NCBI GenBank assembly: GCA_017438865.1
Contig: JAFRUN010000063.1
Coordinates: 85,949 to 149,948, forward strand
Direction of reading: 5' to 3'
Source: Clostridia bacterium
GTDB lineage: Bacteria > Bacillota > Clostridia > Christensenellales > CAG-138
Length of the DNA stretch: 64,000 nucleotides
Below are positions 18,508 through 26,478 of the stretch, piece by piece. Both the position numbers and the translations under genes were made by a program. Every line of letters begins with the position of its first letter. Position 1 is the first letter of the stretch. The notes below the pieces were generated by a model, which saw only the letters and a program-made list of their open reading frames with translations, did no database searches and was not told where the DNA came from.

Positions 18508-19303
18508 CATCACTCTCGGACAATTCGTCGCAGGCGATTCCTTCATTCATAAGCTGGATCCGCGCACAAAGATCGGCATGATGATCCTCTATATCGTCAT
18601 GACGTTTCTGGTGAAGAAGATCTATTTTCTGGCGATCCCGTTCGCGTATCTTGTGATCGAACTGATACTGTCCGGCATCTCGCTGCGCTATATTCTGAAC
18701 GCGCTGAAGCCGATCCGCTTTTTGCTGATCTTCATGTTCCTTCTGAACCTGCTTTTCACCAAAGGCGAGCATGTGTGGCTCGATCTCGGTTTTTGGCAGC
18801 TCACCGGCGAAGCCGTGCTGCAGTCGTGCTTCCTCGCCGTGCGCATCATTCTGCTTGTTGCCGGCGCCTCGATGCTGACGCTTACGACCTCCCCGATCGC
18901 GCTCACCGACGGGATCGAGCGCCTCTTTGCTCCGCTGAAAATCTTTCATTTTCCCGCGCACGAGCTTGCGATGATGATGACGATCGCGCTCCGGTTCGTT
19001 CCGACGCTGATGGACGAATCCGAGAAGATCCGCAGCGCGCAGATGTCACGCGGCGCGGACTTTGAAAGCGGCAATGTTTTCAGGCGCGTAAAGAGCATGA
19101 TCCCGATCCTGATCCCGCTGTTCGTCTCCTCCTTCCGCAAGGCGGACGAGCTCGCGATCGCCATGGAATCGCGCTGCTACCACGGCGGCGAAGGCAGAAC
19201 GCGTATGCATCAGCTGAAATTCCGGCTTGCGGACCTTCTTGCGATCCTCATCACGCTGACGTTTGTCGCCGTGCTGATCGTGCTTCTGGTGCTGTTCAAA
19301 TGA
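18500..19303 (+). CDS. ecfT: ECF transporter transmembrane component EcfT
   Basis: 267 aa polytopic protein with the conserved ARG-type coupling motifs (MSRGADF, ALRF). Follows the two EcfA genes. Confidence 0.85.
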   Translation: MRDITLGQFVAGDSFIHKLDPRTKIGMMILYIVMTFLVKKIYFLAIPFAYLVIELILSGISLRYILNALKPIRFLLIFMFLLNLLFTKGEHVWLDLGFWQLTGEAVLQSCFLAVRIILLVAGASMLTLTTSPIALTDGIERLFAPLKIFHFPAHELAMMMTIALRFVPTLMDESEKIRSAQMSRGADFESGNVFRRVKSMIPILIPLFVSSFRKADELAIAMESRCYHGGEGRTRMHQLKFRLADLLAILITLTFVAVLIVLLVLFK

Positions 19304-20070
19304 GACGGATCCGATTGATCATTTCCTATGACGGAACAAACTACGTCGGCTGGCAGATCCAGCCGAACGGCGTTTCCGTGCAGGCGCTTCTCGAAAAGGC
19401 GCTCCTTGAGCTGACCGGCGAGCAGATCCGCGTCGAGGGCTCCGGCAGGACCGACAGCGGCGTGCACGCAAAGGCACAGGTCGCGCATTTCGACACGGAG
19501 GCGAGAATGGCGGCGGACAAGTTTGCGATCGCCATGAACATGCATCTGCCCCCCGATATCCGCGTCCTGTTCTCCGAAGAATGCGATCCCGCCTTCCATG
19601 CCCGGTTCTCCGCAAAGCGCAAGGTCTATTCCTACACGGTCCAGCTCGGAGCGCACGCGGACGTGTTTCTTCGCACGACGTCGCTGCATCTGCATTACAT
19701 GCCGGACGTCGAAGCCATGCAAAATGCGGCGGCTGCTGTGATCGGCACACATGATTTCAACGCGTTCAAGTGCGCGGACAGCACGATAGAAAACACGGTC
19801 CGCACGATCACGCGGTCCGAATGGAACAGAAACGGAAACCTGCTCGTCTACACCGTCGAGGGAAACGGGTTCCTGTATAACATGGTCCGCATCCTCGTCG
19901 GAACGATGCTGGAGATCGGAAGCGGAAAACGTCCGGTATCCGATATGGAGAACGCGATCGAAACCGGAAGCCGCACCTCCGCCGGCGCGACGGCGCCTGC
20001 GCGCGGACTTCGGCTGGAGCGTGTGATCTACCCCGATTTTGACACCGAGGAGGTTCTGAACCGTGGATGA
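19300..20070 (+). CDS. truA: tRNA pseudouridine(38-40) synthase
   Basis: GSGRTDSGVHA catalytic Asp motif and GFLYNMVR. Confidence 0.9.
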   Translation: MRRIRLIISYDGTNYVGWQIQPNGVSVQALLEKALLELTGEQIRVEGSGRTDSGVHAKAQVAHFDTEARMAADKFAIAMNMHLPPDIRVLFSEECDPAFHARFSAKRKVYSYTVQLGAHADVFLRTTSLHLHYMPDVEAMQNAAAAVIGTHDFNAFKCADSTIENTVRTITRSEWNRNGNLLVYTVEGNGFLYNMVRILVGTMLEIGSGKRPVSDMENAIETGSRTSAGATAPARGLRLERVIYPDFDTEEVLNRG

Positions 20071-20506
20071 CCGGTATTGGATGCAAGCCGCGCTGGACGA
20101 GGCGAAGCGCGCGTTGGATGAAAACGAGGTCCCCGTCGGAGCCGTGATCGTCAGGGACGGACGGATCGTTGCCCGCGCGCACAACGCATGCGAAGCAAAG
20201 CGCGATCCGACGCTGCACGCGGAGATGATCGCCCTGCGCAGCGCATACGAAACGCTCGGTTCGCTCGATGGGTGCACGCTCTATGTGACGCTCGAACCGT
20301 GCGCCATGTGTACGGGCGCGATGCTGCATCTGCGCCTCCCCCGTCTGGTTTACGGCGCGTTCGATCCGGACTGCGGCTGCTGCGGTTCCCGCATCGATCT
20401 GTCCGATCACTGGTTCGATCACAGCGTAGAAACGATCGGCGGGATCTGCGAACCGGCGTGCGCGGCGCTGCTGAAAGAATTTTTCCGAAGCGTCAGGAAC
20501 AAATAA
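20063..20506 (+). CDS. tadA: tRNA adenosine(34) deaminase
   Basis: CDA zinc motifs HAEMIAL and PCAMCTGA. 147 aa. Confidence 0.9.
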   Translation: MDDRYWMQAALDEAKRALDENEVPVGAVIVRDGRIVARAHNACEAKRDPTLHAEMIALRSAYETLGSLDGCTLYVTLEPCAMCTGAMLHLRLPRLVYGAFDPDCGCCGSRIDLSDHWFDHSVETIGGICEPACAALLKEFFRSVRNK

Positions 20507-20509
20507 TGG

Positions 20510-20538
20510 TTGCATTTTTCAAATTGATGCGTTATACT
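20510..20538 (+). promoter_or_regulatory. Sigma-A-like promoter for tRNA-Ser
   Basis: TTGCAT (20510-20515), 17 nt spacer, TATACT (20533-20538), about 20 nt upstream of the tRNA 5' end. Confidence 0.6.
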
Positions 20539-20558
20539 GCTAAAGACGCAAAAAACAC

Positions 20559-20652
20559 GGAGACGTATCGAAGTGGTCATAACGAGAACGACTCGAAATC
20601 GTTTGACTGGTGATGAGCCGGTCCGTGGGTTCGAATCCCACCGTCTCCGCCA
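20559..20652 (+). tRNA. tRNA-Ser (anticodon CGA), CCA encoded
   Basis: Acceptor GGAGACG/CGTCTCC. Anticodon stem AACGA/TCGTT with loop CTCGAAA. Long variable arm, T-arm GTGGG TTCGAAT CCCAC, discriminator G then CCA. Confidence 0.88.
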
Positions 20653-20653
20653 C

Positions 20654-20694
20654 ATCGCCGCGGGCTTAAGGGCTCGCGGCGATTTTCTGTTTTC
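20654..20694 (+). terminator. Rho-independent terminator after tRNA-Ser
   Basis: ATCGCCGCG ... CGCGGCGAT stem followed by TTTTCTGTTTT. Confidence 0.8.
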
Positions 20695-20750
20695 AAGCGC
20701 CGAGCTTGAGGCGCATTCGTCATGAAATACGGATTTTACTTTGATTTTTC

Positions 20751-20779
20751 TTGCATTTTTGAATTACATTCGCTATAAT
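20751..20779 (+). promoter_or_regulatory. Sigma-A-like promoter for pfp
   Basis: TTGCAT (20751-20756), 17 nt spacer, TATAAT (20774-20779). Confidence 0.65.
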
Positions 20780-20807
20780 ATACAGGCATTTTGAACTGGA
20801 GGCAACT

Positions 20808-22091
20808 ATGAACAACGAATTGATCGGCAACTGCATCGTCGGACAGTCGGGCGGACCGACTTCCGTCATCAACGCGAGCATTTACGGCGTCATCCGCACG
20901 GCGCTGGACGATCCGCATATCAATAAGGTTTACGGCGCGGCGCACGGCATTCGCGGCGTCATCGACGACGTACTGTACGACATGGGCAAGGAAGCGCCCT
21001 ACGAGCTTTCTCTCCTTCTGAATACGCCGTCTTCGGCGCTCGGTTCCTGCCGCTACAAGCTGAAGAACTTTGAAGAAGACGAATCGGATTACGTCAAGAT
21101 CCTCGACGTCTTCAAGAAATACGACATCCGCTATTTCTTCTACATCGGCGGCAACGATTCGATGGACACCTGCAACAAGATCAGCAAATATATGCAGCAG
21201 GTCGGTTACGAATGCCGCATCATGGGCGTTCCGAAGACGATCGACAACGATCTGTACGGAACGGACCACTGCCCCGGCTTCCCCTCCGCGGCGCGCTACA
21301 TCATCAGCACCTGCATGGAGCTGTACCTCGACGCGCGCGTCTATGACAAGCCGATGATCTGCGTGGTCGAGATCATGGGACGTCACGCGGGCTGGCTGGC
21401 TGCAAGCGCGGCGGCTGCGACGTACACCGGATTCGGTCCGGACCTGATCTATCTGCCCGAGACGGACTTCGACGTCGACGAATTCATCGCCGACGTCCGC
21501 GAAGTGTATGAGGACAACGGCAAGGTCTTTATCGCCGTTTCCGAAGGCATCCACGACAAGTCCGGCAAGCTGATCTCCGAATACGGCTCTGACCCGACCA
21601 TGATCGACTGCTTCGGTCATAAGCAGCTCGGCGGTCTCGCGTCGACGCTCGTAAGCATCCTGAGAGAGCATTTTACGGACACCAAGATCCGCGGGATCGA
21701 ATTCTCCCTGCTGCAGCGCTGCGCATCTCACGCGGCATCTCAGACCGATATTACGGAATCCTATGAAGCCGGCCGCGTCGCGGTCGAATACGCGGTGCAC
21801 GGCATCACCGACAAGATGGTCGGTTTCCGCCGCAAGACGGACGAGGACGGAAACTACAAGTGCGAGATCAAGCTGATCGACCTCGACGCCTGCGCAAACA
21901 CCGAGCGCAAGGTCCCGCGCGAGTGGATCAATTCCCGCGGCAACGGTCTCAGAAAGCCGTACATCGACTATCTGCTTCCGCTCATTCAGGGCGATCCGAA
22001 GATCCCGCTGCAGAACGGTCTTCCCCGCTTTGCAAATCTCAAAAAGATCCGCGCAAAGGCGCCCCGCAAGATCGAAAATAAGCCCGAATAA
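20808..22091 (+). CDS. pfp: Phosphofructokinase, predicted pyrophosphate-dependent type
   Basis: PFK family GQSGGPTSVIN, IGGNDSMDT and VPKTIDNDL. Asp and Lys sit at the positions (E. coli G104/G124) classically used to separate PPi- from ATP-dependent enzymes. Confidence 0.85.
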   Translation: MNNELIGNCIVGQSGGPTSVINASIYGVIRTALDDPHINKVYGAAHGIRGVIDDVLYDMGKEAPYELSLLLNTPSSALGSCRYKLKNFEEDESDYVKILDVFKKYDIRYFFYIGGNDSMDTCNKISKYMQQVGYECRIMGVPKTIDNDLYGTDHCPGFPSAARYIISTCMELYLDARVYDKPMICVVEIMGRHAGWLAASAAAATYTGFGPDLIYLPETDFDVDEFIADVREVYEDNGKVFIAVSEGIHDKSGKLISEYGSDPTMIDCFGHKQLGGLASTLVSILREHFTDTKIRGIEFSLLQRCASHAASQTDITESYEAGRVAVEYAVHGITDKMVGFRRKTDEDGNYKCEIKLIDLDACANTERKVPREWINSRGNGLRKPYIDYLLPLIQGDPKIPLQNGLPRFANLKKIRAKAPRKIENKPE

Positions 22092-22107
22092 CATCATCCC
22101 GAAAAGC

Positions 22108-22134
22108 AAGAGACGTGAAAGCGTCTCTTTTTTT
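22108..22134 (+). terminator. Rho-independent terminator after pfp
   Basis: AAGAGACG tgaaag CGTCTCTT followed by TTTTT. Confidence 0.8.
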
Positions 22135-22163
22135 GCAACGATAACAAAACAATTACAAATCGG

Positions 22164-22214
22164 AAACGTTTCTGCGACGTTTTTTTGAGGGACGGCGACG
22201 TCCCTTTTCTTTAC
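22164..22214 (+). promoter_or_regulatory. Two further terminator-like hairpins in the yqeC upstream region
   Basis: AAACGT-N7-ACGTTT plus TTTT (22164-22186) and GGGACG gcga CGTCCC plus TTTTCTTT (22189-22214). GCGACGT occurs in both. Confidence 0.45.
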
Positions 22215-22216
22215 TT

Positions 22217-22936
22217 TTGGTGCGGAATGTGTTATTCTTCAAAAAGAATAGCGAGGACGGGATCGTGCAGAAGCTAAGCGACTTTTTTAAACTCAAACCC
22301 GGCGTCACGGCGCTGATCGGCGGCGGCGGAAAAACGTCGACGATGTATTATCTTGCGGGAGAACTGCGCGAAAAGGGCTCCGTCATCGTCTGCACGTCCA
22401 CGCATATCCTGCGCCCGCCGCATGTTCCGTATCTCCCCCGCCTTGCCGAACATCTGAAACCGGGCGAGGTCGTTTCGACCGGCACGATCGACGGCATGAA
22501 ACTCTCGGCGCCGGAACAGCCTTTTTCGGAGCTGATCCGATCAGCGGATTATGTGCTTGTCGAAGCGGACGGATCGAGGCAGCTTCCTCTGAAAGCGCAC
22601 GCGCCGCACGAGCCGGTCATTCCGCCGGAGGCGAAAACGGTGCTTGTTGTGATCGGCGTCGACGGGCTCGGAAAGCCGATCAGGGAAGCAGCGCACCGCC
22701 CGGAACGGTATGCGGAAATCTGCCGCGCTTCCGTTGACGATCCCGTTACGGCGGAAATGATCCGAACCGTTGTTTCGACCTATCCGCGCTGCGACGGCGT
22801 GATCGTCAACAAGGCGGACGACGTCGAACTGCAAAGAAAGGCCGAATCGATCGCAAAGCTGTTTTTTGTACCGGCGGCGGTCACGGCTTATGAAACCGGG
22901 GAACCCATCAAAACGCTCTGGAGGCATGAATGTTGA
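22217..22936 (+). CDS. yqeC: Selenium cofactor biosynthesis protein YqeC (P-loop)
   Basis: P-loop ALIGGGGKTS and EADGS motif (VEADGSRQLP). The TTG at 22217 opens the ORF, but GTG at 22265 with RBS GAGGACGG is the more likely start. Confidence 0.75.
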   Translation: MVRNVLFFKKNSEDGIVQKLSDFFKLKPGVTALIGGGGKTSTMYYLAGELREKGSVIVCTSTHILRPPHVPYLPRLAEHLKPGEVVSTGTIDGMKLSAPEQPFSELIRSADYVLVEADGSRQLPLKAHAPHEPVIPPEAKTVLVVIGVDGLGKPIREAAHRPERYAEICRASVDDPVTAEMIRTVVSTYPRCDGVIVNKADDVELQRKAESIAKLFFVPAAVTAYETGEPIKTLWRHEC

Positions 22937-23727
22937 TTCTGATCAAAGGCGCCGGCGATCTTGCAAGCGGCGTTGCCGTGCGGTTGGCGCATTGCGGTTA
23001 TCCGATCGTGATGACCGATCTCCCCCATCCCACTTCGATCCGCCGGACGGTGTGTTTTTCCGAGACGATCCTGAACGGATCTTTTACGGTTGAGGACGTC
23101 ACGGCGGCGTATGCGGATTCGGCGGAAGCGGTCGATCCGATCCTGCAGAAAGGACACATCGCCGTGCTCGCCGATCCGGAGGCGGCGTGTATCCGCTCGC
23201 TGCACCCGGACGTCGTCGTCGACGCGATCCTCGCAAAGCGCAACCTCGGAACAAGGATCACAGACGCGCCGGTCGTGATCGCGCTCGGACCGGGATTTAC
23301 CGCGGGCGCCGACTGCCATGCCGTGATCGAGACGATGCGCGGACACGATCTCGGACGCGTGATCCTCGAAGGTCCCGCCGCTCCGAATACCGGCATTCCG
23401 GGAAACATCAGCGGCTTTACGACCGAACGCGTTATGCGCGCGCCGCAGGACGGAACATTTGCCGAGATCCGGCATATCGGCGATATCGTAAAAAAAGGCG
23501 AACCCGTTGCCGCGGTGGACGGCGTGTGCATATCCGCGCCGTTGGACGGCGTGATCCGCGGGCTGCTGCCGACCGGAACGCCCGTTTATAAGGGCATGAA
23601 GAGCGGCGATATCGATCCGCGCCCCGTTCCGGAGCATTGCTATACCGTTTCCGACAAGGCGCGCGCGATCGGCGGCGGCGTCCTCGAAGCGATCCTGATG
23701 CTTGAAAGGAGGAATACGCATGTTTAA
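22930..23727 (+). CDS. yqeB: YqeB/EF2563-family selenium-dependent molybdenum hydroxylase accessory protein
   Basis: N-terminus ILIKGAGDLASGVA..L...G. About 265 aa. Matches my recollection of the EF2563-type YqeB domain. Overlaps yqeC by 7 nt. Confidence 0.7.
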   Translation: MLILIKGAGDLASGVAVRLAHCGYPIVMTDLPHPTSIRRTVCFSETILNGSFTVEDVTAAYADSAEAVDPILQKGHIAVLADPEAACIRSLHPDVVVDAILAKRNLGTRITDAPVVIALGPGFTAGADCHAVIETMRGHDLGRVILEGPAAPNTGIPGNISGFTTERVMRAPQDGTFAEIRHIGDIVKKGEPVAAVDGVCISAPLDGVIRGLLPTGTPVYKGMKSGDIDPRPVPEHCYTVSDKARAIGGGVLEAILMLERRNTHV

Positions 23728-24703
23728 AACGGTCGTCGAAGCGATCAAAAGCGGACGGTCGCCCCTTTTGTTCAGTGCGATCGAGGGACCTCGCATGGGC
23801 GAAACTGCCGTTCGGGACGGCGAACAGGTTGCGGGCGACGCGTCGCTGATTCCCGATGCGCTCGATCTTTCGCAGCTTCCGGCGGTTTCGGACGGCGTTC
23901 TGATCGAACGCATCACCACGCCGCCGCATCTCGTTCTGTGCGGCGCGGGACATGTTTCGATGTTTACGGCGAAAATCGCCAGGATGGTCGGCTTCCGCGT
24001 GACCGTCATCGACGAGCGAACGGATTTTGCGAACTTCGACCGCTTCCCCAATGCGGACTGTATCCTGAATCAGCCGTTTTCCGAAGCGCTGTCTTCGATC
24101 TCCGATCCGAACACCTATTATGTGATCGTCACGCGCGGGCACAGAGACGACAATCTGTGCCTCCGCACGATCCTGAACAAGCCCCATGCATACTGCGGCA
24201 TGATCGGGAGCAAATCGAAGATACAGGTCGTCTTTCAGGACCTTATGAGATCGGGCTACACCGAAGCGCAGCTCAAGACCGTTCATTCCCCCATCGGGCT
24301 TCCGATCGGCGCAAATACGCCTGCGGAGATCGCCGTCTGTATCGTCGGAGAGATGATTCAGATCAAGAATTCGGAGAACCGCGGCAGCGAATGGGACGCC
24401 GCGCTCTGCAATGCGATCGAAACGGCCCGCGAACCGTACGCAATGGTCACGGTCATTTCCAAACACGGCAGTGCGCCTCGCTCCGCAGGAGCGCGTATGA
24501 TCGTCAAAGGGGACGGAACGATCATTTCCTCGGTCGGTGGCGGATTCGGCGAATTTGAGGCCGCTGAGAAGGCACGGGACATGCTTGTGCACGGGCCGAA
24601 GGCGGCACGGTATACCTGCAAGATGAACAACCGGGAAGCCGCCGAAAGCGGAATGGTCTGCGGCGGCGAGATCGATATCCTGATCCGGATCACGGAGGCA
24701 TAG
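23720..24703 (+). CDS. xdhC: XdhC/CoxI family molybdenum-enzyme maturation protein
   Basis: Two-domain XdhC layout with central Rossmann LVLCGAGHVS. RBS AGGAGG precedes the ATG at 23720. Overlaps yqeB by 8 nt. Confidence 0.8.
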   Translation: MFKTVVEAIKSGRSPLLFSAIEGPRMGETAVRDGEQVAGDASLIPDALDLSQLPAVSDGVLIERITTPPHLVLCGAGHVSMFTAKIARMVGFRVTVIDERTDFANFDRFPNADCILNQPFSEALSSISDPNTYYVIVTRGHRDDNLCLRTILNKPHAYCGMIGSKSKIQVVFQDLMRSGYTEAQLKTVHSPIGLPIGANTPAEIAVCIVGEMIQIKNSENRGSEWDAALCNAIETAREPYAMVTVISKHGSAPRSAGARMIVKGDGTIISSVGGGFGEFEAAEKARDMLVHGPKAARYTCKMNNREAAESGMVCGGEIDILIRITEA

Positions 24704-24704
24704 C

Positions 24705-25739
24705 ATGGACGAAGATGTGAAACTGACGAAGCTCGCAAGCTGCGCGGGCTGCGGCGCAAAGGTCGGCGCAGGCGTGCTTGCAAAGATCCTTTCCGATCTG
24801 CCGACGCTGCGGGACGACAATCTGCTGGTAGGGTTCGACAAGAGCGACGATGCGGCGGTATACCGGATCAAGGACGATCTTGCGCTTGTGCAGACGCTGG
24901 ACTTCTTCCCGCCGATCGCCGACGATCCGTTTACGTTCGGACAGATTGCCGCAACGAACGCGTTGTCGGACATTTATGCGATGGGCGGCGAGCCGAAGCT
25001 GGCGCTGAATATCACGTGCGTGCCGAAATCAATGCCGAAGGAAGCCGTACACGAGATCCTGCGCGGCGGATATGAGAAGTGCGCGGAAGCCGGTGCGATC
25101 ATCTGCGGCGGACACAGCATCTACGACGAGGAGCCGAAATACGGCCTGTCCGTGACCGGCTTCGTGTATCCCGATAAGCTCTGGAAGAATCACGGCGCAA
25201 AACCGGGCGACGTTCTGCTTCTGACGAAGCCGCTCGGTATCGGCGTGCTCACCGCAGCGCAGCGCGGCGACCTTCTCGAACCGGAAACGCGTGACCTGAT
25301 GCTCCGGCTGATGACCACGCTGAACCGGGATGCGAGGGACGTTCTGGTGAACTTCGACGTCCACGCCTGCACCGACGTGACGGGGTTCTCCTTCCTCGGA
25401 CATCTCTATGAAATGTGCAGCGGTTCGTCCGTTTCCGCGGAAATCAATGTACGCGATATCGCGCTGATCCCCGAGGCGCTCGAGTTCGCGCGGATCGGCG
25501 TTCTGCCCGAAGGCATGTACCGGAACCGCGCGTTTGCCGAGCACGCCGTCGATACGGGCGATACGGAGCTCGCGGTCTGCGATCTTCTGTTCGATCCGCA
25601 AACCTCCGGCGGACTGCTCGCCGCCGTTTCGGAACAGGACGCGGTCGCGGCGTTGGAAGCGCTCAAAGACCGCGTTCCGTGCGTACAGCGCGTCGGAAGG
25701 ATCGTTCCGGAATCCGGGAAGGCGATCCGGCTGATATAA
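24705..25739 (+). CDS. selD: Selenide, water dikinase (selenophosphate synthetase), Cys-type
   Basis: N-terminal LTKLASCAGCGAKV (Cys, not TGA/Sec, at the catalytic position, with Lys three residues on). AIR-synthase-like fold motifs DAAV and GGHS. Confidence 0.9.
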   Translation: MDEDVKLTKLASCAGCGAKVGAGVLAKILSDLPTLRDDNLLVGFDKSDDAAVYRIKDDLALVQTLDFFPPIADDPFTFGQIAATNALSDIYAMGGEPKLALNITCVPKSMPKEAVHEILRGGYEKCAEAGAIICGGHSIYDEEPKYGLSVTGFVYPDKLWKNHGAKPGDVLLLTKPLGIGVLTAAQRGDLLEPETRDLMLRLMTTLNRDARDVLVNFDVHACTDVTGFSFLGHLYEMCSGSSVSAEINVRDIALIPEALEFARIGVLPEGMYRNRAFAEHAVDTGDTELAVCDLLFDPQTSGGLLAAVSEQDAVAALEALKDRVPCVQRVGRIVPESGKAIRLI

Positions 25740-25742
25740 CGG

Positions 25743-26432
25743 TCAATCGATCGGGAGCGGTGAACGCCGCTCCTTTTTCTTTGCGTACAGGTTTTTCAGC
25801 GCATAAAGCAGAAGACACACGCTCGCCGTGAGACGGAGATAGATCTTATAGTGCAGAAAGAACGACGCTGCCAGCAGAATGCTCCCCAGCAGAACATACT
25901 TGCTGACGGAACGGAGCGCAGTTATCGGCGTTCGGCGACCGGGTTCGGTGCGTGAATCCGGAAAGAGCCGCGCCGCGATCTCTTCAGCATCGTAAACGGC
26001 GGCATCCGGACGGTACTTTTGAATCAGCTCCGCCGCCTTCCGATCCGCTTCGATCACGCCGATCGAATCCACGCCTCTTTGGACGGCATCAAGCACGTCG
26101 AACATATCCGGATGCATTTTACGGATCAGATAAAAACGCTTTCGTCCGAGAAGTTCTGCAAGCTCCCCGTCGCTCTTCAGCAGGATCGCCTCGAGCCGCT
26201 CCCGCTTTTTCCGCTTTTCCGCCGCTTCTTTTTCGCGCATATGCTCCGCTCTTCCGCGCAGAAGCAGGACGATCCCGAGAACGCCTGCAAATACGGCGAT
26301 CGAAAGCGCGGGCGATCTGCCTTTTGCACAGATCAGGTAAAACGGGATGCAGAGGAGAACCGAAAACAGCACGGAGTCGCACACAGCGAAGATACGCCGG
26401 ACGATTCTGTTCTGCCGCATACTTCTTTTCAT
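25743..26432 (-). CDS. Hypothetical membrane protein (2+2 TM with a charged cytoplasmic middle domain)
   Basis: 229 aa with hydrophobic segments at both ends and a Lys/Arg/Glu-rich linker. No family recognised. Confidence 0.5.
   Translation of the reverse strand: MKRSMRQNRIVRRIFAVCDSVLFSVLLCIPFYLICAKGRSPALSIAVFAGVLGIVLLLRGRAEHMREKEAAEKRKKRERLEAILLKSDGELAELLGRKRFYLIRKMHPDMFDVLDAVQRGVDSIGVIEADRKAAELIQKYRPDAAVYDAEEIAARLFPDSRTEPGRRTPITALRSVSKYVLLGSILLAASFFLHYKIYLRLTASVCLLLYALKNLYAKKKERRSPLPID
25754..25778 (+). terminator. Terminator of the selD operon, embedded in the 3' coding end of the convergent gene
   Basis: GGAGCGG tgaacg CCGCTCC followed by TTTTT. Confidence 0.65.
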
Positions 26433-26442
26433 AAAATCAGTG

Positions 26443-26472
26443 TTGCCAAATATGCCCCGATTATTCTATAAT
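26443..26472 (+). promoter_or_regulatory. Sigma-A-like promoter abutting the nadD start (possible leaderless mRNA)
   Basis: TTGCCA (26443-26448), 18 nt spacer, TATAAT (26467-26472). ATG codons at 26473 and 26479, with no SD sequence. Confidence 0.45.
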
Positions 26473-26478
26473 ATGGGC

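Noticed and set aside
20559-20652. Possibility that the long-variable-arm tRNA is tRNA-Sec (selC), given the nearby selenium genes
   Set aside because: The anticodon loop reads CTCGAAA, so the anticodon is CGA (Ser), not TCA. The acceptor stem is the normal 7 bp, not the 8 bp of bacterial tRNA-Sec.
20736-24973. Several 350-510-aa minus-strand ORFs (20736..22109, 22888..24051, 23432..24973), plus similar ones at 8163..9632, 12107..13405, 13498..14655, 15744..16781, 17260..18546, 19210..20277 and 42688..44025
   Set aside because: Every one is antisense to a gene with strong family motifs on the other strand. None has an RBS or a recognisable domain. Composition is typical of GC-rich shadow frames.
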